Positions 56,355-64,000 of a DNA stretch of 64,000 bases are shown in pieces. How positions within the stretch are numbered: position 1 is the first letter of the stretch; each line of letters opens with the position of its first letter. The stretch is from a virus. The notes beneath the pieces were generated by a model. It worked only from the letters and a program-made list of their open reading frames with translations. It made no database searches and was not told where the DNA came from. The DNA lies in the IMG/VR virus record IMGVR_UViG_3300032323_002905, positions 1-64,000 of that record. One strand, given 5' to 3'. A program made the translations under genes and the position numbers.

Positions 56355-56740
56355 ATAACTAGTAAAATACCAATTAAAGCAACAGAACTAACTATAAACT
56401 TTAATTTGATTTTTTTTATTTGTTTTTGGTAATTATTGATAATACTATCTTTATACTCTAATTGTTTTTGACGATCTATATCAATTTTTTTATATAATGA
56501 AATAGATGTGTCTTGAGTTTTTATAATAGAATCTTGATTATTTGCTATTGTAACTAAAATATTAACTGAATCTCTAACTACTGTAATTTGATTTTTAAGA
56601 AAATCACGTTCATTTTTTACAATTAAAGCGTTTTTTAATGTTTTAGAAGGAACTGTGACTAAATCCTCAGTCGAAAGCATTTGTGAACTCACTAACAAGG
56701 GCATCATTAGACAAGTTAGTAATACGATTATGTTCTTCAT
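56351..56740 (-). CDS. Spanin-like exported protein (signal peptide, coiled coil, C-terminal TM)
   Basis: MKNIIVLLTCLMMPLLVSSQ...FIVSSVALIGILLVI; overlaps upstream TM/coiled-coil gene by 74 nt. Confidence 0.55.
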   Translation of the reverse strand: MKNIIVLLTCLMMPLLVSSQMLSTEDLVTVPSKTLKNALIVKNERDFLKNQITVVRDSVNILVTIANNQDSIIKTQDTSISLYKKIDIDRQKQLEYKDSIINNYQKQIKKIKLKFIVSSVALIGILLVI

Positions 56741-57017
56741 TGTATTTAGTTTTATATAAATCGGCTTTATGTTTTAAACCTGATAATTTAATTTTATCTT
56801 CTGCTACTTGTTTTTTATAAACAGTAGCAACTGAATCTAATTGGGTGATTTTAATTTTAGTAGAGTCAATATTTGCTTGTAATGAATCTATTTTATTATT
56901 TAAAGCTTCATTTTCTTTACCCAAACGGAAATTAGGATTAATGTTAAGAATATTTACAATTAATAACACTAATCCTACGTATCCTAGAAACTTTATAATT
57001 TCTTTATACCACATCAA
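56667..57017 (-). CDS. i-spanin (Rz)-like protein
   Basis: N-terminal TM FLGYVGLVLLIVNILNI followed by coiled coil. Confidence 0.55.
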   Translation of the reverse strand: MMWYKEIIKFLGYVGLVLLIVNILNINPNFRLGKENEALNNKIDSLQANIDSTKIKITQLDSVATVYKKQVAEDKIKLSGLKHKADLYKTKYNEEHNRITNLSNDALVSEFTNAFD

Positions 57018-57840
57018 ATTCGAATTTATCTTTTAATGCTTCTAATTCTTTCTTTTGTGCTGTTTTTTCTTTTAATTTAGCAATGATATTTGCTTTTTCT
57101 TCACCTTCAGCATTTTTATATTCACCAGCTAATTCTTTCATTTCTTTTTCTACTTGAATTAAACCTTTTAATACTTTATCTAATTTAGAAGTACGTTTAG
57201 TTAATTTAGTAGCTGCTTTAGCTGCTTGTTTATCAATATCTGATTCTTCTGGTGCTGAATCTTCGTCACCTGCTTTATAGTAGTCATCTGCTTCTTCTTC
57301 ACCTGTCTCCATATCTTTTTCTACCGCTTTAACTGCTTTTTCTATTTTTTCTTTAGATGGTTTTGCAGTAGCTGCTTTAGGTGCTGTTGGTATTCCAGCC
57401 ATTGATACTACACCTTTATCTTTTAACATACCCATTAATTCTCTGAATTTAGGATTGTTAATACTAGCTGTATCAGCTAAACCAAATTCTTTAGCTACAT
57501 CAGCAACTGACATTTCACCTTTATCTAAAAGATATTCTAATGCTTTTTTAACATTACCTTTAGCTTTTTCGATTAATGAAGCTAATTCATCTTTCATTTC
57601 TTTATTTAAGATATAAGATACTTTAGCACGAGCCATTTCATCTAATTCTTCTTCAACAAAATCAACAGGATTTGATGGTGTCCCTAATGAAGGATTTTTT
57701 GTTTTAGTTTTAGCAGTATTAATTAAAGTCCGTTTTTGATCAGGAGTCAATGTATTTGGATTAGGTACATCAATTGTATCTTCAGATAATGTAGCGATAA
57801 TTTCCTCACGTATAAAAGATTTAAATTCTTTGATTTTCAT
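57004..57840 (-). CDS. Putative internal head protein with HTH-like segment
   Basis: MKIKEFKSFIREEI..TLSE, ELDEMAR; ALEYLLDKGEMSVADVAKEFG is wHTH-like; late motif 57854-57862. Confidence 0.6.
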   Translation of the reverse strand: MKIKEFKSFIREEIIATLSEDTIDVPNPNTLTPDQKRTLINTAKTKTKNPSLGTPSNPVDFVEEELDEMARAKVSYILNKEMKDELASLIEKAKGNVKKALEYLLDKGEMSVADVAKEFGLADTASINNPKFRELMGMLKDKGVVSMAGIPTAPKAATAKPSKEKIEKAVKAVEKDMETGEEEADDYYKAGDEDSAPEESDIDKQAAKAATKLTKRTSKLDKVLKGLIQVEKEMKELAGEYKNAEGEEKANIIAKLKEKTAQKKELEALKDKFEFDVV

Positions 57841-57853
57841 GTTATATTTTTCT

Positions 57854-57862
57854 GATAAATAT
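57854..57862 (-). promoter_or_regulatory. Late-type motif ATATTTATC
   Basis: 13 nt upstream of ATG 57840; would drive the packaging/head operon. Confidence 0.5.
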
Positions 57863-58392
57863 TATGAAAATATTGTCTCTTTAATTTTTTTAATACGTTC
57901 TTCGTTAGAACCGCTAATTTCTACAAATTTTTTCATACGATATGAATATCTATCAGCAATTCTTTGAATAAAGAAATCAATTGTTGATCTAAACTCAACA
58001 TCAGTTTCACGTACACCATTATCTTCCATCATAGTTCCAATAGGATTTACATAAAATATATAATCATATTGACTAATAAACAACTTAGCATAATCTTCAA
58101 ATGCTTCTTTATCTAAAACATTAATAGATTTAGCACATTTAGCAAATGCTATAACATCAATAACTGTTCTATCAGTAATTAATTTAGGACGCATTAATTC
58201 ACTAACACGTTCTGCTAAAAATATAGTTTGACCATTTAAAGTACTATCAGTATTTAATGGAATACCTAAATCCTTTAAATATTTACTACGTTCAGTTGTA
58301 ACATAGTAGTCTTTAAATTCAGGTAATTCACCTAATGATTTTACTAATGTTGTTTTACCAACACTCATTGTTCCACAAAAACCTATTTTCAT
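57862..58392 (-). CDS. NadR/AAA_28-like P-loop nucleotide kinase
   Basis: KIGFCGTMSVGKTT, ITDRTVID, YD.IFY, EDNGVRE. Confidence 0.8.
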   Translation of the reverse strand: MKIGFCGTMSVGKTTLVKSLGELPEFKDYYVTTERSKYLKDLGIPLNTDSTLNGQTIFLAERVSELMRPKLITDRTVIDVIAFAKCAKSINVLDKEAFEDYAKLFISQYDYIFYVNPIGTMMEDNGVRETDVEFRSTIDFFIQRIADRYSYRMKKFVEISGSNEERIKKIKETIFS

Positions 58393-58444
58393 ATATTATA
58401 ATGTATATAAAGTCTCTAACAAGACCAAGTTGTAATTAATTTGT

Positions 58445-58696
58445 TTAAACTCTAGCACCTGCTGCTTTACCGGCTGGTGATTTGAACCATGGTAAACCTT
58501 CACGTTGTTTACAATGTTCTTTCCATGATTTTTCAGTGTACTTAATACCATATAAATAATACTCACGTTTTTTTCTTTCACCTTGAGGTATTAACGCTGG
58601 TCCATCCCAGTTATGATACTTACCTTCCCAAACGTATGCGATTGTTCCGTCTGCTTTAGTTAATTTTTTAGTTGGTTCAAATTTTTTATTTTCCAT
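58445..58696 (-). CDS. Hypothetical protein
   Basis: GK.HNWDGPA...G..EYYLYG phage repeat-like motif. Confidence 0.75.
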   Translation of the reverse strand: MENKKFEPTKKLTKADGTIAYVWEGKYHNWDGPALIPQGERKKREYYLYGIKYTEKSWKEHCKQREGLPWFKSPAGKAAGARV

Positions 58697-58701
58697 ATAA
58701 T

Positions 58702-58733
58702 TAAATATAACATCAAATCAGCGGGAGGTCAAA
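58702..58733 (-). promoter_or_regulatory. Bacteroidota-type promoter, probably leaderless
   Basis: TTTG-N20-TATATTTA ending 5 nt before ATG 58696. Confidence 0.65.
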
Positions 58734-58734
58734 C

Positions 58735-59430
58735 TTATTTGTACAATTTTAATGTTCCACTACCTATTTCATAATTAGATAATTCATATATTACATATGA
58801 TTGGTTTTCAATCCAATCACCTGTGTTGATATATCTAATACCATCTATAGTTTTGTCTATTGGTGTATGAATATGTCCACAAATAACAGTATGGCAGTTT
58901 CGTTTTTTAGCTTGTCTAACCATTTCCTGTTCAAAATCAATCATAAATGAAACAGCAGCTTTAACATTATCTTTTAAATACTTAGATAAACTTGTTTTCT
59001 TATTAATTTTTTTTAATAGTCTATCAATAACAATAGCAGCATCATAACCAATTGAACCTAACATACCTAACCAATGCATTTTAACAATACCATCATATTT
59101 GTCTCCATGACAAAACCAAATACCACCTTCAGTAAATTCATCTACTATTTTAATATTACCTAATTGCATAGGTGTATATTTTCTTAAGAATTCATCATGA
59201 TTACCTGATATCCAAATAATTTCTTTTTCTTTAGATATTTTAAATAAGTTACGTATTACTCTGTTATGATCCTCACTAAACTTCTTATATCGTTGAAATA
59301 ACCAACCATCAATAATATCGCCTACTAATATTAAGCGATCATATTCCTCAGTTTTAAGTAGATTTATGATGGCTTTAGTATTACAACCTTTAGAACCTAT
59401 ATGTAGGTCAGATATTACTAATGTTTTCAT
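58735..59430 (-). CDS. Calcineurin-like metallophosphoesterase (LpxH/UDP-2,3-diacylglucosamine hydrolase-like)
   Basis: ISDLHIG, GDIIDGW, GNHD, HGD..D, CGHIH, NTGDW. Confidence 0.88.
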   Translation of the reverse strand: MKTLVISDLHIGSKGCNTKAIINLLKTEEYDRLILVGDIIDGWLFQRYKKFSEDHNRVIRNLFKISKEKEIIWISGNHDEFLRKYTPMQLGNIKIVDEFTEGGIWFCHGDKYDGIVKMHWLGMLGSIGYDAAIVIDRLLKKINKKTSLSKYLKDNVKAAVSFMIDFEQEMVRQAKKRNCHTVICGHIHTPIDKTIDGIRYINTGDWIENQSYVIYELSNYEIGSGTLKLYK

Positions 59431-59431
59431 A

Positions 59432-60745
59432 TTATTTTAATAACGATTCAGCAACATATATTCCATGAGCACCACTAACTGTTATACCTCTTGCACTTAA
59501 TGCGTCTCCAACAAAATGTACATTTGGGTATTTAGTTAATGCTAAATTAGTATAATCAACTAATGGTTCTGGTGATAAATACTTTACTTCAGGAATATAT
59601 ATACCCCAATCATCACCTAATGTTGGGAATACTTTTTTCATATCTACTATAAAATCTTCAATATATTTAAAATATCCTTCCATAACTGGTTTAACAACAT
59701 TAGTTAATGTATCTAAACTAATTGGAGTTGAACTTACTACATTTTTTTCTGATGTATCAGATGGTGTACGAGATGGACTATAATACAAACCAGTTCCATT
59801 TGATTGTAATTTATTTACAACATCCCTAGACCAAGTAAATGGATCTTCAATATCCTTAATTTCCATAATAATACCAAAATTAGTCATTCCATTTAGATAT
59901 TTAGGATCTTTTTTAGCGTGACCATTATAAGTAACATCACCATATGTTTCTTCTACAGCAACATAAGCTGCATTATTATTTGTACAAAACGAACGTAATG
60001 AAACACCTTTATCATCAAATTTTCTATATAACTTAAAGTCATATGAAATGTCAATTAGTTTTTGGAAGTGGTGTTGTGGTGCCTCGAACCTACAGCCTAT
60101 TTGAACTGATTTAGGTTCGTCTGGGAGTTCATATTGGTTGGCTAATTCTTGAGCAAAATCAATACCTGATTTACCTACAGCAAAAATAAGTTCATCATAT
60201 GATAATACTTTTACTATCTCACTAATTGGAGGACCTTCATACTTTAATTCATTAATATCAAAATCTATACTTGTAACTTTAGATTTCCAAATAAATTTAA
60301 CACCTTTCTCAACTAAATAATCGTACCAATTTTTAGCAATTTCAGATAGATAATCTGTACCTACGTGCCATACAGGAAATAAACGTAAACCAAAATATGG
60401 TTTAATAAAATCAGGTTCAGCTTCTGGATTTGAACATTGTACTTCTTCAGGTTTAGGATGGAAACGTTTAAAATTGGTAATAACTTGATCCATTAATTCC
60501 ATTGCTTTTTCCTCACCTGTATACTTAGATAACTGACCACCAATAGCTGTATGGTAAGTTAGTTTGCCGTCTGACCAACCTCCCGCACCTAACATTCCTG
60601 TCATTACTTCTTCAGGTAAGCGGTTATATGGATCTTTACCCATATCAATAATAGTAATTAAATTACCATCATACCCATTATCTACTAATTTAGTTGCAGC
60701 ATTAATGCCTGCTACTCCGGCTCCAACGATTACAATTTTTTTCAT
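59432..60745 (-). CDS. FAD-dependent oxidoreductase (uncharacterised dehydrogenase type)
   Basis: IVGAGVAG, GAGGWSDGK, AVGKSG, RSFCTN, NGH, TNFG, PEVKY, FVGD..ARGI. Confidence 0.88.
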   Translation of the reverse strand: MKKIVIVGAGVAGINAATKLVDNGYDGNLITIIDMGKDPYNRLPEEVMTGMLGAGGWSDGKLTYHTAIGGQLSKYTGEEKAMELMDQVITNFKRFHPKPEEVQCSNPEAEPDFIKPYFGLRLFPVWHVGTDYLSEIAKNWYDYLVEKGVKFIWKSKVTSIDFDINELKYEGPPISEIVKVLSYDELIFAVGKSGIDFAQELANQYELPDEPKSVQIGCRFEAPQHHFQKLIDISYDFKLYRKFDDKGVSLRSFCTNNNAAYVAVEETYGDVTYNGHAKKDPKYLNGMTNFGIIMEIKDIEDPFTWSRDVVNKLQSNGTGLYYSPSRTPSDTSEKNVVSSTPISLDTLTNVVKPVMEGYFKYIEDFIVDMKKVFPTLGDDWGIYIPEVKYLSPEPLVDYTNLALTKYPNVHFVGDALSARGITVSGAHGIYVAESLLK

Positions 60746-60750
60746 ATATT

Positions 60751-60782
60751 TTAATATAATTAATTTTTATTTAAAGGCCAAA
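60751..60782 (-). promoter_or_regulatory. Bacteroidota-type promoter, probably leaderless
   Basis: TTTG-N20-TATATTAA ending 5 nt before ATG 60745. Confidence 0.6.
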
Positions 60783-60787
60783 CTAAG

Positions 60788-60817
60788 GTGGCCCACCTTT
60801 TTTTAGGGTGAGCCACT
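60788..60817 (-). terminator. Hairpin, putative terminator of the cargo gene block
   Basis: GTGGC.CACC...GGTG.GCCAC inverted repeat. Confidence 0.6.
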
Positions 60818-60877
60818 ACTTCACAATATTTTTATTAGTCGACAGGCAATGAATCTGTCTATATGTTAAAAAATTTT

Positions 60878-61348
60878 TTAGATTTTTTTAAATGCTTCAC
60901 CTTCTCTATATTGAGGGTAATATGTTTTTCTACCATCTACATCTGAAATTTCCCATGCTGGAATATTATTAGGTTCTACATTTCCATTATACATAAAATT
61001 TCCTTCTAATTTAGTTGCTTTTACAATTTTACCTGGGATGAATTTTTGTTTCATTCTATCAAATACTTCAACTTTATCACCTGGTTTTACAGTTGGCCCT
61101 GATGCTTGTAACATATCAAAATATGCTTCACTATCTTCTAAGTATTCTTGATGTTCTTCATTACCAAATTCTTCGTCAGGATCAACTTCATTTTTTACCA
61201 TATCCATAACTTTTTCTCTATTCCATCCTGGGTTAGCAGACATCATACTTTGGTAAAATGAGTTTGATTCTTTATTGATTTGGTTTTCAGTAATAATACC
61301 CGCTAATTTTTGCATGCGAGCTAATTGTTCGTTTAATATTGGTTTCAT
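60878..61348 (-). CDS. Putative internal head protein with RMQKLAGI leader
   Basis: MKPILNEQLARMQKLAGIITENQINKE; C-terminal VKPGDKVEV SH3/KOW-like segment. Confidence 0.75.
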   Translation of the reverse strand: MKPILNEQLARMQKLAGIITENQINKESNSFYQSMMSANPGWNREKVMDMVKNEVDPDEEFGNEEHQEYLEDSEAYFDMLQASGPTVKPGDKVEVFDRMKQKFIPGKIVKATKLEGNFMYNGNVEPNNIPAWEISDVDGRKTYYPQYREGEAFKKI

Positions 61349-61605
61349 TTTTTATATATCTTTAATTTTAAAGTACCTGTACCTTTAATGGCTCTATGCC
61401 ATTCATGTCTTGGTATAAATATTGGTTGGTTTATAGAAGTTGGCAATTGGTTTTCAAGTTGTAATTGCCAATTTGTTTTACCTATTACTTCAACTGTTCT
61501 ATCTTCATCATCACGATGCCACATTAGTTCAATTGGGTCTATATTTTCGTTAAATTCACGAATAATATATTTGTCTGTAACTTCTATATCTTTATATGGC
61601 CTCAT
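61345..61605 (-). CDS. Small cupin-fold protein
   Basis: WHRD.EDR..EV, IFIP..EWHR.IKG. Confidence 0.7.
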   Translation of the reverse strand: MRPYKDIEVTDKYIIREFNENIDPIELMWHRDDEDRTVEVIGKTNWQLQLENQLPTSINQPIFIPRHEWHRAIKGTGTLKLKIYKK

Positions 61606-62209
61606 TCATATCATAATAAAATGAATCTCCATCTTCAGTTACCCATCTATCAGATTGGTTTTCAACTGATGGTAATTCAGTGTCTACTTTAAATTGTTTT
61701 AAATCTTCAGGTAATTTTTTAGTTACCCAATTTGAATCTTTCCAAAATAATCTATTATTTGGTTGACACAATAAATATCCATCATCTGCCTTAAATATAT
61801 GTCCACATTTATAGTCTGATGGTTCATCACTATATGGATTATCATACCAATCTACAGTAAACATATAAGTTCCCCAAACTTTGCTTCCGTCTCTTAAGAC
61901 AATTTGAGCTCTATGATATAATAAAAAATCATATTCTATAACTGATACATTAACTGAAAAACAATCCCATAATTGTTTAAAATTAAATGGAATATCATTT
62001 TCTGGAATTTTAGTGTAGATTTCAGATATTGGAACTCTATTTCTAACCATTCCATCATCAGTCATAACATGAAATGTTAATATTTTTCCGGAACATGATT
62101 GTAGTCCAAAAACATAAACATTTAAAAATACTTCTGAATCTTTTTTATTTTTAGTAAAATATGATTTACGAACTAAAGCTTTAAAACTTGGAATATCCGC
62201 GTTTAACAT
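61592..62209 (-). CDS. Hypothetical phage protein
   Basis: 205 aa; LWDCFS, YMFTVDW, KCGH, QPNNR. Confidence 0.75.
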   Translation of the reverse strand: MLNADIPSFKALVRKSYFTKNKKDSEVFLNVYVFGLQSCSGKILTFHVMTDDGMVRNRVPISEIYTKIPENDIPFNFKQLWDCFSVNVSVIEYDFLLYHRAQIVLRDGSKVWGTYMFTVDWYDNPYSDEPSDYKCGHIFKADDGYLLCQPNNRLFWKDSNWVTKKLPEDLKQFKVDTELPSVENQSDRWVTEDGDSFYYDMNEAI

Positions 62210-62224
62210 ATTATTTTTTATTAA

Positions 62225-62881
62225 TTATTTATTTTGTATTTCTAATCTCTCTTCCGCGGTTTTGTAATCTACTACTCTAAAAAAATCATTAATATAATTT
62301 TTTCTTTGAGATTTGTGTTTTAAATAATAAGCATGTTCCCAAACATCCATAGCAATTAAAATTTTACCTTTAAAATCTTTATTAAGATATGGATTATCTT
62401 GATTAGCATAAGATTCTATAACTAATTTATTTCCTTTTTGGATTAAAAATACCCAACCTGAACCAAATTGTTTTAAACCAGCTTCTTTAAATTTTTCTTT
62501 AAATTCGGAAAATGAGTTAAAGTTTTTTTCTAATAGGTTTTTAAAATTTGTTGAAGGTGCTTTGTAATCAGGTGTCATATTTTCAAAATACAAAATATGA
62601 TTATAAAAACCACCACCATTATTTCTAATAATATCATTTTTAGGATATTTACCTAATATAATTTGGATAGCTTGAATTTGATCTTCGGCATTTACTTTAA
62701 TAGATTTTTTATCTAATTCATCATTAAGTTTATCTGTGTATCCTTTAAAATGTTTATCAAAATGCTCTTCCATAGTTTCCTTATCTATGTAAGGTTGAAG
62801 AGAAGTGTATGAATAACTTAATTTAGGTACTTTAAATTTTGTATCTTTTGCTTCAGTTAGTAATTGAATAAGATTAATCAT
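62225..62881 (-). CDS. sodA: Fe/Mn superoxide dismutase (Mn-type signature) with N-terminal leader
   Basis: L.Y.Y..L.PYID.ETM..H..KH..Y, RNNGGG..NH, FGSGW, NQDNP, DVWEHAYYL. Confidence 0.9.
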   Translation of the reverse strand: MINLIQLLTEAKDTKFKVPKLSYSYTSLQPYIDKETMEEHFDKHFKGYTDKLNDELDKKSIKVNAEDQIQAIQIILGKYPKNDIIRNNGGGFYNHILYFENMTPDYKAPSTNFKNLLEKNFNSFSEFKEKFKEAGLKQFGSGWVFLIQKGNKLVIESYANQDNPYLNKDFKGKILIAMDVWEHAYYLKHKSQRKNYINDFFRVVDYKTAEERLEIQNK

Positions 62882-63524
62882 TTTTCATTTTTTTAAATGG
62901 GGCATATCCTGAACCATATGGTGCTGATCTGCCAGATTGTGGATCTGATGTTTCTTGTGTTAAATCTCTATAGTTTTGAGATGGAGGAAATGTTCCCATC
63001 TTTTTTTTAGCTTGTTCCTTAGTTTTATAAGGTCCAAATTCTTGTCTAATACCTGGAGCAAATGGATTATCTTGAATATAATAGTATTTGTCTCCTCTTT
63101 TTTCAATAGCTCTATATCTACTTTGACCTCCAAAACCATTTTTTTCATTTACATCTTTAAATTCTTTTAATTTATTCAAGCGTTCTGTTTTCTTTTTAGA
63201 TGCTTCTTTTTTAGCTGTGATGTATTCTAATCCTTTTTTTAAGCGTGCTTTTACTTCAGGATCTTTTGCTTTACCATAAGCGGCTCTAACACGTTGATGA
63301 ATTAAATTAATAATTTGTGATTGTCTTTTATGTGGTTTTGATTGAAATGATGATTTAGATAAAGTATCTTTTATATCTTGAACAGTTTTAAATTTTATAC
63401 TAACAGTATCATTTGGATTTTCATCAGTATATAAACGACGACCTGATCCTTTAGGTTTTTTACCTGTACCTACTTTAGGATCACCTTCAGTTATTTCTTT
63501 TAATATATCAACTAACTTAATCAT
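62874..63524 (-). CDS. Putative internal head protein
   Basis: MIKLVDILKEITE leader; basic; GTGKKPKGSGRRLYTDENP. Confidence 0.65.
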   Translation of the reverse strand: MIKLVDILKEITEGDPKVGTGKKPKGSGRRLYTDENPNDTVSIKFKTVQDIKDTLSKSSFQSKPHKRQSQIINLIHQRVRAAYGKAKDPEVKARLKKGLEYITAKKEASKKKTERLNKLKEFKDVNEKNGFGGQSRYRAIEKRGDKYYYIQDNPFAPGIRQEFGPYKTKEQAKKKMGTFPPSQNYRDLTQETSDPQSGRSAPYGSGYAPFKKMKND

Positions 63525-63892
63525 TATGATATAGTCCAGGTTTTAACATCACGTGCTTTTTCTTTTAATTTAAAAGTAACTACACCACGAATTGATTTAA
63601 TATCTTTTTCTACTTTAGTTACAATATTAGCTGTATCATTTAATCCTTTAGGGAATGGTGATGGATCAATTTTAATATCTAAATAAGCGTATTCATATTT
63701 TGATGATGGATTACCTGATTGATATTCTTTATTATTAACAATAGTAACACCTAAAACAGCTCTAACGTCAGATAAAATGTATTTCATTTTAGCAACTTGA
63801 GGATTGATAACTAATACACCACCAATGGCTAATACCTTTTTTGATGATGCGTATTCTTCTTTAATAAGTTGTTTTAGTTCTGATTTTTTCAT
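63524..63892 (-). CDS. Putative internal head protein
   Basis: MKKSELKQLIKEE leader; ferredoxin-like alpha/beta pattern. Confidence 0.65.
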   Translation of the reverse strand: MKKSELKQLIKEEYASSKKVLAIGGVLVINPQVAKMKYILSDVRAVLGVTIVNNKEYQSGNPSSKYEYAYLDIKIDPSPFPKGLNDTANIVTKVEKDIKSIRGVVTFKLKEKARDVKTWTIS

Positions 63893-63894
63893 AA

Positions 63895-64000
63895 TTATTT
63901 TAAATCATCTATTAAATTCTGCATCTCTTCATCTGCAGGTCCACGATAACTAAAAGTATATGTTCCTTTTAAGCTTTTATCATCATAATAATTATTATTA
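63895..64000 (-). CDS. 3' end of a gene entering from outside the window
   Basis: Open frame ...NYYDDKSLKGTYTFSYRGPADEEMQNLIDDLK-stop. Confidence 0.5.
   Translation of the reverse strand, partial: NNNYYDDKSLKGTYTFSYRGPADEEMQNLIDDLK

Noticed and set aside
60818-60877. Small GACAG/CTGTC hairpin, and the CCCTC..GATG similarity between 3' UTRs at 23571-23602 and 49441-49473
   Set aside because: Only 5-bp stems or short matches; not distinguishable from chance without homologous sequences
466-63170. Other short plus-strand or nested ORFs (e.g. 4035, 11519, 21075, 48512, 52586, 10476, 58396, 62960)
   Set aside because: Overlap well-supported minus-strand genes, carry no motifs, and conflict with the uniform transcription direction
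1-64000. Stop-codon reassignment, introns/inteins, tRNA genes
   Set aside because: Core genes are full length under the standard code, with TAG and TGA acting as stops; no intein or homing-endonuclease insertions in RNR, terminase, helicase or RecA; intergenic gaps show no cloverleaf motifs

Overview
This 64-kb, very AT-rich window comes from a large myovirus with T4-like head and tail genes. All credible genes lie on the minus strand, and the standard genetic code gives long intact ORFs. Reading in the direction of transcription (right to left), it holds: accessory and head-cargo genes (SOD, cupin, FAD oxidoreductase, LpxH-like phosphoesterase, NTPase); a spanin-like pair; terminase, portal, prohead protease, scaffold and major capsid; PhoH; neck genes; two giant collagen-like (Gly-X-Ser)n fibres flanking two glycosyltransferase genes; sheath, tube, tail chaperones, tape measure and baseplate/lysozyme; a replication block (short family-A polymerase, gp32-like SSB, UvsX/RecA, 5'-3' exonuclease, gp41-like helicase); class II RNR; a MoxR-type AAA+/VWA-metallopeptidase block; and a truncated TGT-like gene. 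A Bacteroidota host is inferred from TTTG-N19/20-TATATTTA promoters, the lack of obvious Shine-Dalgarno sites and D-S-[ILVT] sequons in exported proteins. The main leads are four. (1) A reusable head-targeting leader system: RMQKLAGI and L/I-x-E motifs shared with the scaffold are grafted onto cargo proteins, including SOD. (2) A putative virion-glycosylation system: Ser-rich collagen fibres, [ST]-[GA]-S motifs on surface proteins and adjacent glycosyltransferases. (3) A likely +1/-2 programmed frameshift in the tail chaperone gene. (4) A late-gene motif, ATATTTATA, that is the reverse complement of the T4 late promoter. All calls rest on motif recognition by eye; no database search was run.
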